Numbered from the stretch's first letter, positions 1 to 12,755 are shown. The stretch: DNA of 64,000 bases from Octopus sinensis (GCF_006345805.1 NC_043000.1:94550001-94614000), one strand, 5' to 3'. Translations and numbers: made by a program. Notes: generated from the letters alone by a model not told the origin.

Positions 1-200
1 TCATTGTCGAACACCTCCAGCCTTCGCTGATCGACTACCCTCATAGGCCATGTTTCACAACAATAGAGGAGGATAGTACGAATGACGGCCTGGTAGATTC
101 GCCCTTTGGTCACCGAGGAGATCTCTCTTCTGTCCCACAGGCACAGCTGGAGGCGCACGAATGCGGATCTGACAGCACCTATGCGACATTCGACCTCTAC
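1..200 (-). mobile_element. RTE-clade LINE fragment (region C-terminal to RT), runs off window start
   Basis: Minus frame reads EVECRIGAVRSAFVRLQLCLWDRREISSVTKGRIYQAVIRTILLYCCETWPMRVVDQRRLEVFDN, matching the RTE motif K.R.Y.A..R..LLYG.ETW......RRL.VFD. Confidence 0.8.
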
Positions 201-987
201 TCATAGTCATACGGATGTTAGATCTTGGGAACAGAAAGATATAGGATAGCTGATAAGAAATGAAGTAAAATCTCACAAATAAATTCAAATTAATGCAGCA
301 GTTAAACTCGAGCTACCTTGACTAATTGTGATGGTTTATTTTAAACATGAACAAAAGTAGCGTGCTAGAAGGACAGTGTTGTGATGAAAATCACGACGAC
401 CTCCCCCGCAAGAATAGACTCCAACGAACGACTAAAAATAGTAGCGGTATGAGTGAGAGGGACAGTAAGTAGGCATTAATAGAAGGAAGTCGTACGATGT
501 CTCGTTTTGGCAGTTTGTCGGAATATGGTTTGCCTTTCCCTTAGCGTGGAGAGAGGAGGCCGGTATGCATGGGCGACTGCTGGTCTTCCATAAACAACCT
601 TGTCCGGACTTGTGCCTGGGAGGATAACTTTCTAGGTGCAATCCCACGGTCAGTCATGACCGAAGGGGATCTCAACTACATGGTTATAGTGTAAACCTCT
701 ATCATCATAAATAGTGGCGATACTACAATAATTGGGGACGTGTAACTACGTTACAATAAATAGTAAGAGCAGCAAAAAAAAAAAAAAAGGAAACAGGCAA
801 AAGAAACTGTCCTATTCTTTCTGGCTCTTTGTGTTTTGAGTTCAGCTTGTTCCAAAGTCAATTTTTGCCTTTTATCCCTTCGAGGTCCATAAAAGTAGGT
901 ACCAGCAAAATACTGGAGGCCAATGGTATTGACTAATCCCCTGCCCTCAATCTGTTTGACCTTGAGCCTCAATCAGAAACCATTGTA

Positions 988-1201
988 AATATTTTCTACT
1001 ATAAGCACAATCCCTGGAACTTGGGCGAGTAGGGTTAGTAAATTACAGCTACCCTAATACTCGACGGATATTTATTTTATCGACTCCGAAAGGAGGAAAC
1101 GCAAAGTTGTTCTCGGCGGAATTTGCACTCAGACTATAAAGCAGAAAAAATGCTACGTAGCATTCTGTCCAGCATGCTAACGATTCTGCTAGCTCGCTGC
1201 T
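988..1201 (-). mobile_element. SINE family A (tRNA-derived head plus conserved central domain), diverged
   Basis: Reverse complement of the family A head and core found many times in this window (e.g. 25911-26141). Confidence 0.75.
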
Positions 1202-1230
1202 TTAGAAACCATTGTAGATAAAAGCAAAAC

Positions 1231-1265
<35 letters not shown>

Positions 1266-1284
1266 AGGATTATTATTCAGAAGT

Positions 1285-2100
1285 TTAGATCACAGACCAG
1301 TTCCTGATATTTTTTCAATCGGTGCATTTTCTCATAGCTGTGAGGATTCTTTTCCGCATAGTTGGATGATGCTCTCCAAACTAAAAGTTGGTCTGCAGTT
1401 CATTTTTGTAACTTAGATTCATTGACACATTTCTTCCAAAAGAACATGATCCTTCTACATTTGATTGTAATTAACAGCATAGTTTTCTTTGCTTGCGGTG
1501 TATTTCTTGCATTATTATCTCTATTATCGTCTTAACAACAAACCAGACCAGATAGAAGTAGACATACGACCATTTTCAGATGTTCCATGCGTAAGCGTCA
1601 CCTCTTTTATTCGGGAATACATTAGCAAATGTGTCCTTCCCTTTTCACACAGTCAGGCATTATTTCTAGGAAATTAGTCTACTATTACTAATGGGAGAGA
1701 GTAAGTTTGCATCATCTTTAAACATAAGTGCGAAGGAACAAGACTAACAGAATATAAACAACCATCAACTAAAACTACAGGTACTAACAACTAGTGTTTC
1801 TGCTGCAGTACTTGACAGGGCTTGAGTTCATTAAACAATCCATGTTACTACTTCTGCTATTTTTTTAATTCATTTATTGGTTTTGGGTATTGAACGGTTG
1901 CCATGCAAGTTTATTACCTTTGAGGGATTTTTAAAGTCAATTACAGCATCAGTCATTAGTCTGCTGTTGGACACATGTGCGTGCATATACAATAGATCCC
2001 TTTATGGAATTTCTTCGTACTCAAATTCAAACAGACACACAGTACAATACGTACATATAATCCAGATCATTTAAGTTTAGGTTATTATTGCTCCAGACTT
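1285..2100 (-). mobile_element. Possible ancient RLE-type (R4-like) LINE remnant
   Basis: Patchy minus-strand similarity to the element at 51598-52680: LHG, TAGTACCTG, CTGAAAATG, VVKTI..EIHRK (vs VVARTLYNEIHRK), KYQELVCDL. Heavily decayed. Confidence 0.35.
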
Positions 2101-2419
2101 TGTCTAATTGTATAGGAAAACTTCGATCAGTCTTTTAAGTTGTGTTTTAGGACATATAACTCACAGGAGTAGGGAGTTGTTGTTTACGAGTGTCAGTGGT
2201 TTGTCTGGGTATTACTTGAAGGAATTTGTCAAGGTACCGTTGGAATCTCTTTTTTTTATTTCTTACAGAATAATGATAAATCAGGTTGCGGTCAAAGATG
2301 TTGCATCACAATGTTATGAGAGAGAGAGAGAGAGAGAGACAGAGAGATTTTAGGAAACAGACGAAGAGCTATCACTTAATGAATCTAGTATTTGTTTGGA
2401 CGTAAATTAAAGTAGCAAT

Positions 2420-2960
2420 GAAATGAGTGGAGTTGGTATCGTCGGATCATCCGAAAGCTGAAACTATTTAATCAATAAAAATTATGAACATCAAAATGGG
2501 AGTACAATATTAGCAACCCCGTAGTCCTTGAATTGGCCTAAGCGATCAACATCGAGAATATCATCATCACATAATGTCTCTGATGAGCAGGTCACGTCCA
2601 CTGCGTCAATAGCACCAGACTGCCACGACAAATCCTTTGTATCGAGCTCAGCGAGCTGCTTCATAAATTTCATAGAAACGCTTTATAGGCTAACTGAAAC
2701 ATACGTTGAAGAGTTTTAACATCCCCCCTAAATCCTGTGAACAACACAGAGAAGACAGATCAACGTAGTATCTCATAATCAAGATTGGTGTGGAGCATTT
2801 CGAAGACCATCGTCCGAGAAATGAAGGAAATAAGCGGCTACGACGAAGGATCCACAAACTTCAACCAAGGACTCCATCGACGATCTGATGTGACCTCCGT
2901 CGACAAATGCTCCACGCAAACATCATTCATGCTAGCCATCAGAGACATCGACAAAAATGA
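2420..2960 (+). mobile_element. RTE-BovB-like LINE 3' fragment, degenerate
   Basis: With stops and shifts: YRRIIRKLKLFNQ..IMNIKWEYNISNPVVLELA*AINIENIII..AGHVHCVNSTRLPRQILCIELSE..GVEHFEDHR..KRLRRR..SHQRH; matches the RTE C-terminal W(A)GHV.R....RLP.QIL..EL motif. Confidence 0.7.
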
Positions 2961-3950
2961 GAAACTGCAGAGAACAAAAAAGAAAAGCAAATTCGAAAAA
3001 GAGGAAGAACCGACGACAAAGAAACAATTAGATCTTGGTATTAAACTTCTTTACAAAGTAATATATTCATTATTAATGCAGTAGCTTATGCTACTATCTT
3101 TAGATGGTTTTTACATGATTGATTAATTTAATGCAGACCGTTTACGCTCTTATTTTACGTGAGTGATATGAGATTATTTACTAACAACTTTTAAGGAGTA
3201 CTATCCAAGAAGTCTTGAACGGCTTTCATTTATCACACGCCTCTGTATCTATATTCGTTACTCATCTATAGTTCTTCCTGTGTTCAGATGAGAATCCCAC
3301 ATAAGTTAAACGATATACACATTCGTTAAAACCGAAAAACTAATTATGTAACCGCGCAGCTATTTTGATGCTGCAGTAATTCTTTTTAAAAATTCTATTA
3401 TCGTTATAATTTAGTCCTTCAAGCAAGTTTAGAAACAATGTACGCAGCGATTGAACGTGAAATATTTCGTAAAGAAATATTTCCTTATTAAGCATAATAA
3501 TGTACGAATTACATAGACACCAGATGCGGAAAATGTCTCATCGGTTTTTAATATGAGAAATATTGTTCGAAGATATTAAACATCTAATTAAACTGTCAAT
3601 GGATGTAAACGTGATATGTCTAGTGCAAATTCATGTCATTGGTCAACTTAAGTCATATATGAAAGAATTTGAAAAGATACTATCCGCTACAGGTGTTAAC
3701 AAACCACATTATTGGAATATATAACGCAATTGACAAGGAAAAACAAAATAGTTAAGAGTGGTTATTGAAAGTATAGTTGATATACGCTAGTTATGTCTTC
3801 ATATTATAATTTAAATTCTATAATATCAGAAACAAACATTCTAGAACATGAGAAGCAGTAATGCAAATACTACATGTTCAGTATAAATGTAAGATGGTAA
3901 ACATTTTCAAACACTTCTTAAACTTGGTTGTGATTAATGAATCATTTGTA

Positions 3951-3988
3951 TGTAAAAACTAATGTAAAAACTAATGTAAAAACTAATG
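3951..3988. repeat. Three tandem copies of TGTAAAAACTAA
   Basis: Read directly. Confidence 0.9.
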
Positions 3989-4382
3989 AAACTATTTGTC
4001 AGTATTAGTGATTCAAATTATTTAAGGACAATGGACATATATGTTAGGAGTTGTTACTGTATAAATATAAGCCAATTCTGAATGAAAATACTCGTGATCA
4101 TACGTTAACTATCTCCTCGTCTTTCCAAACAGTAGAATGTAATGAAGGAAATATGGTGTATATTTTAAAAGCGGGTCGAGAAACCGCCTAAAGGCACCCT
4201 CCTTGGCTGAAAATATAAGTAGTAAAATTTGTTGAGAAAACAACAGTAAATAGTGAAATAATCAATACTTAAAAAGTGATAAGTAGCTTCGATTTATATC
4301 GGCAATGTAAACATGGGCCAAATAAGTTTTAATGTATTTTTCACAATGCATTTTGAAAAAAATATGATACAGGTACAAACTA

Positions 4383-4540
<158 letters not shown>

Positions 4541-5427
4541 CATACATACATAACTATAAAAACAGAAACAAATACTCATACAGACCAATACATACACAAT
4601 TGTATAGTGGAAAGTATAAAAATTTTGTTTCTGTCGAAACATATTACATATATTATGTATAAATTCACTAACATGACATTAGACACTTACACACCAATAT
4701 ACAAACAATTATACAGATGAAAATATAAATATATAGTTTGTATCTAAATACATATTACGTATACTATGTATAAAATATTCGCTACATACTTTAATTTGTA
4801 TTCACTTATTGTATTGAATGGAAGTTGAGGTGTTGACGTAGTTGTCAATATATATATATATATAATTATTCTTGTCTGCCATACACACACATTCACATAC
4901 AAGCTCACTCACACATGCTGACAATGGCGCTCTGTCGTATTCGAAGATAGCGACTTGACTACAGGCTATTATATTGCATAGTAAAATCGCAGGAGTCGTC
5001 TTTAAAAATCGACTTCCTAAGGGGATGTTATATGGACGTATCTTTCTGTTTCAATAATGATTTATATTAAAGGGGAGGTTTAGAAATATAAGATAATTCA
5101 CAAAGGACGACATTTTGTAATAGCTGAAAGATGTGAATGCTTTAAACCAGCAAGCACACACTACCCTGCTAATTACTTTAGGTTATTAAGTTCTTCTATT
5201 TAGGAAATAATCAGTGGTATCAGAGGCGAAAGTTTCCAACATTCTAACCCAGGAGTTATTTATAGATCATATTGAAGAAGAAAGATTTATCTTAGGAGAA
5301 ATCTAATTTTAAAAATATCTAAAAGTTATTTATTATATACTACAGCGTCACATGACGGGTAACTTTGGAACTTCGGCAGTATATTTTGTCACTGTGGGCA
5401 ATAGGAAATATATCTTTAAACTTTTAA

Positions 5428-5640
5428 TTGTTTCAGTCATTTGATGCAGCCATGCCGGTGCATTTGCCGTGTAGAATGTTTTAAAGCCTGGTACTTATTC
5501 TACCGGATCCTTTTGCCTGACCGCTATGTTACGGGGTCGTAAAAAAGCAAACAGCAGTTGTCAAGTGGTGGTGAGGAATAAGCACAGATGCATAGACACA
5601 TACACACAGAAGCACAAACACACACACACACACACACAAG
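5428..5640 (-). mobile_element. SINE family B, 3' half, diverged
   Basis: Similar to the 3' half of the full copies at 7836-8256 and 19292-19705. Confidence 0.65.
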
Positions 5641-5929
5641 GACATTCATACCTACATGGTTGTCACATTAGAGCAGGGGTTCCCATCCATATTTCGCTGT
5701 AGAACACCAAAATAAGTAATTTTTTTCCTGTGGACCACCTCAAATTTTAAAATTATTATAAAAGAACTACTATTCATAACTATTAGTATGATTTTAACTT
5801 TGTAATGAAAGTTCCTTTTTCATTGTTGTAAGGGACATCACAGAGAACAAATAACCGAGAACACCAACAACAAAACCAATTTGCAAATGCACATGATTCT
5901 CAAGAATGCTTTATTTGAAAGAATCGAAT

Positions 5930-6736
5930 AGAAAAGGTTAGTGTGTCGTAGAAAACACCCCATTTTATTAAGAAAAAAAAGCTGTACAGTTAAAATATAA
6001 CAATGTGAAGGGTAAATTCAAAGAATGTGAGAAAAATCCATTCATTTTGGGATAGAATGACTTTCTCAGATGAATCCAGATTTGCATTACTTTCAGACAG
6101 TAGACGTGTTTGGGTCTGGAAGCTTCCCAATCAAGAATTTGATTTGAAACGACCCCAATCAACTGTGAAACATGGCGGTATCTCTGTAATAGCATGAGGA
6201 GCTGTCACTAGTAATGGATCGTTCTGTGCTGATCGAATGTGTTGGAATCATAAACTCTGAAAAATACATCGAAATACTTAAGCAAGGATTACTTCCGATG
6301 TATTCACACGAAAAATGAGATTTTATTCATGCAAGATGGGGCTCCATGCCACACAGCGAAAAGGAATCAATAATGGCTGACTGAAAATGGGATCAAAAAG
6401 CTTCCTTGGCCGAGCCAATCTCCTGACATGAACCCAATTGAAAATCTTTGGAGTATACTAGATAGAACTATACGAAAAACTTGACAGAAACATAAACCTA
6501 AAGATCAATTGTTTCGACTGTTGCGTGAAGAGTGGGCAGAAATTCGACAAGAGACAATCACAAAGCTCATCAGTTCAATGCCAAAAAGAGTTTCTGAATT
6601 AAAAACTGCAAAGGGAATGTCAATTAAATACTAAAGTATGTAGTCCTATCTATTGATTACATTTCAATTGTTCGCTCTGCGTATTAAATAAAAGATGTTG
6701 AAAATTAAAGGTGTCTATTTACTTCCTACATGTGTA
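5930..6736 (+). mobile_element. Tc1-type DDE transposase pseudogene with probable right end
   Basis: WDRMTFSDESRF (6063), FMQDGAPCHTAK (6332), [15 protein letters not shown] (6420), ends KGMSIKY* at 6634; internal stops and frameshifts; terminal TA near 6735. Left end not found. Confidence 0.9.
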
Positions 6737-6766
6737 TGTGCGTGTGTGTGTGTGTGTGTCTCTCTA

Positions 6767-6817
<51 letters not shown>

Positions 6818-7189
6818 GCATGTATGCATGTATGCATGTATGTATGTATGTATGTAACCATGCACACGTATATATACATATAGATAGATAGGTAGGTAGA
6901 TAGATAGATAATGTATAGAAAGATGCAGGCATAGAATATATACGCTTTTTTAAGTAGCATTTTTTCTGCACAAACAAACCTAACACTAATACTGGCAAAC
7001 ACTTGTTTTCTATATGTCAGTTGTCAGAGTTTGTAGCAACAGAAAGATAAAAAGAAGGAATGATGTGGAAGGAAATCGAAGAAAACATTCGAGGAGATTA
7101 GGCTAATACAGGTAATCATCGCATTCTTGACCTCCATACAAAATACATACATACTACACCGGGCAGCATGTTAGTTTGTGTAAACATAC

Positions 7190-7199
7190 ACACATACAT

Positions 7200-7262
<63 letters not shown>

Positions 7263-7284
7263 CATACATATATGTATATATGTG

Positions 7285-7316
<32 letters not shown>

Positions 7317-7345
7317 TTATATATATATATATATATATTTATATT
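7190..7345. repeat. (TA)n compound microsatellite
   Basis: Read directly. Confidence 0.95.
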
Positions 7346-7835
7346 CATGCATGTATATACATGTGTGCGGTTGAATATGCAAGAAGTTTGAAACAGAATC
7401 TTTACAAAAAAAGTTTTCTTGCAGACGAATATAAAGAAAGAAAAATTAGTTTCTTTATTCTGTTTGAATATTTCTCTAAAACGTTCTTCGTTAGAATAAT
7501 GAGTCAGCCACCCTATTATGTTTGTCAAATCCACTTTATATCCTACAACGTCTGAAGAATGATTCTATGTATATCGTTACTATCGAGTTTTAAATAACAA
7601 AACAGAACAATGGTGAAAGACGTAAAAATAAATAAAATTAAGAATAGTGTATTAAAACGACATTAGACGTTTATTGCAACACTTGCCTATACAATATATG
7701 CTCGACTAGATAAAAAATATAGATATAAAAAATGGACCTCCGTCGGTGTCAGCCATGATGATTCAGTTGTGTGGTCAACTGAATTGCTCTTTGTTGCTCA
7801 TTGAGCTAATGTTTTTAATTGCCCTCTCTCTAATT

Positions 7836-8256
7836 ACTCTTTCACTTGTTTTAGTCATTTGACTGTGGCCGTGCTGGAGCACCGCCTTTAGTCAAGCAAA
7901 TCGACCCCAGAATTATTCTTTTTTAAGCCTAGTACTTATTCTATCGGTCTCTTTTGCCGAACCGCTAAGTTACGGGGACGTAAACACACCAGCATCGGTT
8001 GTCGAGCGATGTTGGGGGTAAACACAGACACACAAACGTATACACAGACATACACAGACACACGCACACACACACATATATATATATATATACGACGGGC
8101 TTCTTTCAGATTCCGTCTACCAAATCCACTCACAAAGCTTTGGTCGGCCCGAGGTTATAGTAGAATATACTTGCCCAAGGTGCTACGCTGTGGGATTGAA
8201 CCCGGAACCATGTGGTTGGTAAGCAAGCTACTTACCACAAATTCACTCCTACGCCT
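7836..8256 (-). mobile_element. SINE family B, full length (tRNA-like head, CORE-like segment, internal microsatellite, 3' tail)
   Basis: Head with A-box and B-box-like GGGTTCAATCCC on minus; CTTGGGCAAGT CORE-like motif; high similarity to 19292-19705, 24741-25075 and 54488-54896. Resembles octopus OR-type SINEs from memory. Confidence 0.9.
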
Positions 8257-8326
8257 ATATAATTGATTGAGTATTCTACAGATATGACTAAACCTTAACG
8301 TAATCTTCAGACAGGATCAATATGAT

Positions 8327-8930
8327 ATGGTGCGTGATGAGGTATGTGACAATGTATGTGACGCAGCGATTAACAAGGTGTTTGTAAGTATGTAGTAAGG
8401 TGTGTGACGTAGTTTGTGAGACAGTGCGTGGTACAATATGTAAAACTATGTGACGAGGTGCGACATAATGAACAACACGTTGTATAGCCCAGTGTGTAGC
8501 AAAATGTGACACGGTGTGCAACAAGCTGTGTTACCCTGTGTGTGAAAAGATGCGTAGCATTATGTTTAACAAGATGTGTGAAGGGATATGTGACACGGTG
8601 TATAACAAGATCTATGACAATGTACTTGATAATGTATATGACAAGGAATGTGATATGTTGTGCCACAAGGTCTGTTACACAGTTTCTAACAGGTGTGACA
8701 AGGTGCCTCATAACGTGTGCAATAGGGTTTGAGACGCAGTATGTGACACTTTGTAACAAAGTGTTTGATAAGCTCCATGGTGCGGTGGATGTCACACAGT
8801 GTGTCACATGGCGTAGGACAGTGTGTGTAATAAAGTATATGTGACAGAGTGTGCAGCGAAGTGAGTGACACGAAGAGTGATGCGTCCGTAACTCGGTGAG
8901 ACAAGGTAAATGATACGATGTTTAACACGT
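8327..8930 (+). repeat. Decayed 12-bp tandem repeat (consensus about GTGTGTGACAAG)
   Basis: 12-nt periodicity; 8514-8732 reads MCNKLCYPVCEKMRSIMFNKMCEGICDTVYNKIYDNVLDNVYDK... Confidence 0.7.
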
Positions 8931-9170
8931 TAGGTGGCAGTAGGAATGACACACAGTTTCTCTTTTACCATGGTTGGATTGACCCACAGAAAATGGTAAA
9001 AGATACAGGCTTAAGAAGCGATGCAATGGGATGGAAGGAAGGCGTTTGGCGAATGAAATGCGAACTTATTAAGCGTACGCCCATGCTGCATCAAAGAAGA
9101 AACATATGGATCGTTGAATATACATCCTGGGTGAAAATGAGATGAAAGGTATCACAATGTAGGGAGAGAA

Positions 9171-9318
9171 ACGATTCTGCCAGCTCACCGCTTTCTTTCA
9201 GCCGTTTCAGGAGACGGGTAAGTCGATTACATCGACCCTCGTACTTTACCGTTTATTTTATCAAGTTACCGCTGAGCATTTTGTCCGACGTGCCACCGAT
9301 TCTTTCAGCTCACCACGT
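9171..9318 (-). mobile_element. SINE family A fragments (head tip plus internally deleted copy)
   Basis: ACGATTCTGCCAGCTCACCGC, then AGTCGATTACATCGACCC core and a second head. Confidence 0.6.
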
Positions 9319-9445
9319 GATTTATCTATTTCATCAAAATTCAATAAAGGTCAATTTTGCTTTTAATCTATCGGTAATTGATTAAAATAGGTATAAAACT
9401 TTCTCAACAAGGACTTAATTCAATGCGTTATTACAATGATTATGA

Positions 9446-9658
9446 TAGAGAGTAGGCAGTCATCTGCACGCCAAGCAAAATGTTTGGCGGTATTTCCTCC
9501 TTTTTGTACTTTCTCAGTTCAAATTCCGCCAAGGTCTACTTTGCTGTAATAATCTCAGGGTCGATAAAATAAATATCAGTTAAGCACTGGGATCGATGTA
9601 ATCGACTAGTTCTCTCCCTAAATTTCTGGCTTTGTGCCTATATTAGAGAGGATTATTA
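9446..9658 (+). mobile_element. SINE family A, diverged
   Basis: B-box CAGTTCAAATTCCGCC, core GGGTCGATAAAATAA, tail AAATTTCTGGCTTTGTGCC. Confidence 0.7.
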
Positions 9659-10462
9659 TATTGGAAAACGAAATATGGAGGTAATTTCTAAGAAAATAAT
9701 CCATATTATTGGCTTTGGTAATGGTAGTAGAGATATCACTGGCACTATAATACCTGGCGAGGTGTCTTTAATTATTTCATTACTATATTAGAATATTATC
9801 AATTATCTGTATTGGTATAAAATCTTAGTAGCCTCAGGACTCTTTCGTTTTTTCATTCCTTTCTAAAATATTTAAAATGAAAAACCAGTAAAATATTGGC
9901 CTTTCACCATTTGTTTGATTCAAACGTTTCAACTAAAGATATTGAGCTAGTGGTTTAGCAAAGGCGTCAATATTATCAGCTTCTATTTCCTTTCTTTCGT
10001 GTTGTTCAGTAGTTACTTCTCTGTTTTTGAATGAATAGACTTCATCTGAGCACGACATGGGGAAGTATCAAAGTTGGATTATATGCTTATCAATGTCACA
10101 TATAAATCATTCGATCTCGTCCATGAATATATATGAAGCATTCTCAGTGAGTTTGATCATTCAGAGTTGCAATATAGCTTGGATTCTTACTCGAGAAAAT
10201 GGTATTGTCAAATTTCAATCTAACGGCTGTCTTCTTTTTCGCCAAACATTTAATTACATCGAACGCTGTAGAATATAGAAATTCTGTCGGCGAGCTAATT
10301 CATGCTTCTTCAAGTGCTTATACTTGTGCACATACACAATCTCTCTCTTTCTTTCTCTCTTTATCCCTCTCCCTCCCTCTTTCCACGTTTTTTACACATA
10401 CACTTACACACGTGCATGTACATAGACGATATGTATATACACATACATTATATGTAAGTGTG

Positions 10463-10552
<90 letters not shown>

Positions 10553-10859
10553 AGAGAGAAGGAGAGAGCGAGAGAGAAAGAGAGAGAGAAGCTCCCTTCG
10601 GTCATAAATGACCATAGAAATGTGTTGAGGTACAAGTATATATATATATATTTATGTGTGTGTGTGTGTCAACCGAAATTAACGTGGATGTTGTATTAGA
10701 ACATCGAATACTGTTGAGAGACGAGAACCGTCTGCTACAGACATCAAAACTTCTACATCACCTGATTTATCCCTACATAGACTCTTCATGGACAGACGTC
10801 CAGTAGAGACATAACATCCGAAAGTCACTGTCAGCGATATATAGAATTTCAGTGTCCCT

Positions 10860-11000
10860 TCAGGCGTTACCTTTCTAGCTTTATATGAATCCACTTGCGT
10901 CATTATATTCAAGCCATGTGGTATTAGCTTTGAGTCTCTACATTTACACAGGAAAGTTATATGCTTTGAAGCTAGTTTTTGATGGAGTTTCTCCATATGT
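10860..11000 (-). mobile_element. Penelope-like element, N-terminal ORF fragment
   Basis: MEKLHQKLASKHITFLCKCRDSKLIPHGLNI matches the PLE N-terminal pattern EKL..KL....H..FL..C....IP.GL. Confidence 0.55.
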
Positions 11001-11098
11001 CTCCATTGAAGTCTAATGTCGGCTCTGTACCGATTAGATAATACAGTTCTATATTATCTCATATATTGTGAGTAAAGGAGCGAACCACTCCCCTACAG

Positions 11099-11206
11099 AT
11101 TGGCAAGACAAGTATGACATGGTTTCTGTGGTACTGGATGCTTACCTGCTAGAGACGAAGGGTAAAGACCCAGAAACCATGGTCTACTGGTGTTGCCAAG
11201 CTGAAG
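11099..11206 (+). CDS. Candidate 108-nt internal exon (phase 1-1), product unknown
   Basis: CCACTCCCCTACAG acceptor, GAAG|GTGAGT donor, single open frame (D)WQDKYDMVSVVLDAYLLETKGKDPETMVYWCCQAE. May instead be PLE pLTR sequence. Confidence 0.3.
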
Positions 11207-11307
11207 GTGAGTGGTTCACTACAAAAAATGTTTTTCTGGTATTAAAATGTAGTAACATAGCTTTGTATAGACAGCCAAGTTTTAGTGGCAAAAAATGGTA
11301 CTATACA

Positions 11308-11345
<38 letters not shown>

Positions 11346-11416
11346 CGTGTGTCTGTGTCTGTGTGTGCCTGTGTTTGTGAGCATGTGTGTGTGGGTATAT
11401 TCATATCCAGTGAAAG

Positions 11417-11498
11417 TGCATGGCTCAGTGGTTAGAGCGTCGAGCTCACAATCATGAGGTAGTGAGTTCGATTCCCGGACCGGGCTCTGTGTTGTGTT
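11417..11498 (+). mobile_element. tRNA-derived SINE head (third family), truncated
   Basis: A-box TGGCTCAGTGG, B-box GAGTTCGATTCC; no acceptor stem; ends in (GA)n. Confidence 0.65.
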
Positions 11499-11549
11499 GA
11501 GAGAGAGAGAGAAAGACAGACAGACAGACAGACAGACAAAGAAAGAGAG

Positions 11550-12755
11550 AGGCTGCATAAGATATTTGAGGACAGATTTATGTTTATAAAAAAAACCCAG
11601 ATATATAATAAGAGATAATAACTTTATCAAAAAATGCTATGAAGATAAAAATAAACCTTTTCTATATTGTTATTCAATAAAGCCACCTTCATCTTCAACA
11701 ACTGCTTCTATGTGAGATCTAAATCAACAACATGCTCGAAGCAAGTGGTCTTGGTTCATTTTGGATATTACTCTGACTGTGGCAGCTTTCAAAGTATCTT
11801 TGGTGATATGGGCGTGTTCATTAACCACTCTCTCAGCAACACTCCACATGTAATAGTCCAATGGATTGCGATCTGGAGAACCAGAAGCCCAAATTTTATG
11901 GGTTATGTGATCATGAAAATTTTCAGCCATTCATTCTTGTGTTACTAGAGCCATCTGTGATAGTGCAGAGTCTTACTTAAAACACACATTGCCTTCCATT
12001 GCATGCACTGTCTATCCATGGCTAAACAATTATTTCTAGGATCGCAATGTAGGCAGCAGAGTTAACTCTAAGGCCTTGTGGAAAGAAGTAAGGACGCATC
12101 ACATGTCCTTCATTGCTGACTACTCCTAAAACCATGACAGTTGCAGGAAATTTTTATGCATAACACATGGAAATTCAGAAGGGTCTCCACATAACCATCT
12201 GTCATTTCTTCTGTTAACGTTTTGATCTTGGTCGAAGTCTGAGAAAAACCAAATCAAACTTTCTGCTGGATTTTTCAGTTTGTTTAAGAGTCTTTTAGAT
12301 CTGTTGTAGTGATTTTCTTTTGCTTTTTCTGACAAATTGACCTTTTCTCATCATATAAGACTTATACCAAATGTCTTTGATGAAAACATTTCTGACTGTT
12401 TCTTCTGACACATGTACACATGGAGATGTTTTGAAATTAATCTTATGAACTTTCTTGATCTATTGATCTTTCTGGATAAATTCAGCTGTTCTGGTGATTT
12501 CAGAGCGTTTAGAATGCTTTTCCTACTTTGATACAGGTGAGATATCTCCATCTTCAGTCTGTAGCTCATTTTAAATATCGAGATATTTCTAAATCGCTAT
12601 GTTCAGCCTTTATAACCAAAATAACAGCATGCTTCTTCATTTCTTGAGTAAACTGTCTGGCGTTACAATTTTCTAAAATAAAGATTATACCGAGTTAGCC
12701 AAAAATGCAGCAATGACCCCCAAAAAGCTATGTCCTCAAATACCATATGCAGCCT
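11550..12755 (-). mobile_element. Near full-length maT (DD37D-type) Tc1/mariner transposon, transposase decayed
   Basis: TIRs GGCTGCATAAGATATTTGAGGACA (11551) and rc of 12731-12754 match 22/24; fragments WFFSD..DQDQNVNRRNDRW, F.DSA.S..A.VTQE, SPDRNPLDYYMWS. Confidence 0.9.

Noticed and set aside
3-206. Open plus frame ending STYATFDLYS*, resembling a terminal exon
   Set aside because: It is the antisense of a clear RTE LINE frame on minus.
2269-2319. Strong acceptor followed by NNDKSGCGQRCCITML*
   Set aside because: No linked upstream exon; T-rich AG sites are common by chance in this composition.
2491-2673. Protein-like minus ORF MKFMKQLAELDTKD...
   Set aside because: Antisense to the RTE-BovB-like C-terminus on plus.
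5674-5745. CAGGGGTTCCCA hAT-like terminus
   Set aside because: No matching second terminus or 8-bp TSD found.
7028-7111. Purine-rich segment between AG and CAG|GTAATC
   Set aside because: All three frames contain stops; at most a non-coding exon, with no support.
11417-11498. Possible tRNA-Val(CAC) gene
   Set aside because: No acceptor stem or cloverleaf; treated as a SINE head. The same applies to 22601-22670.
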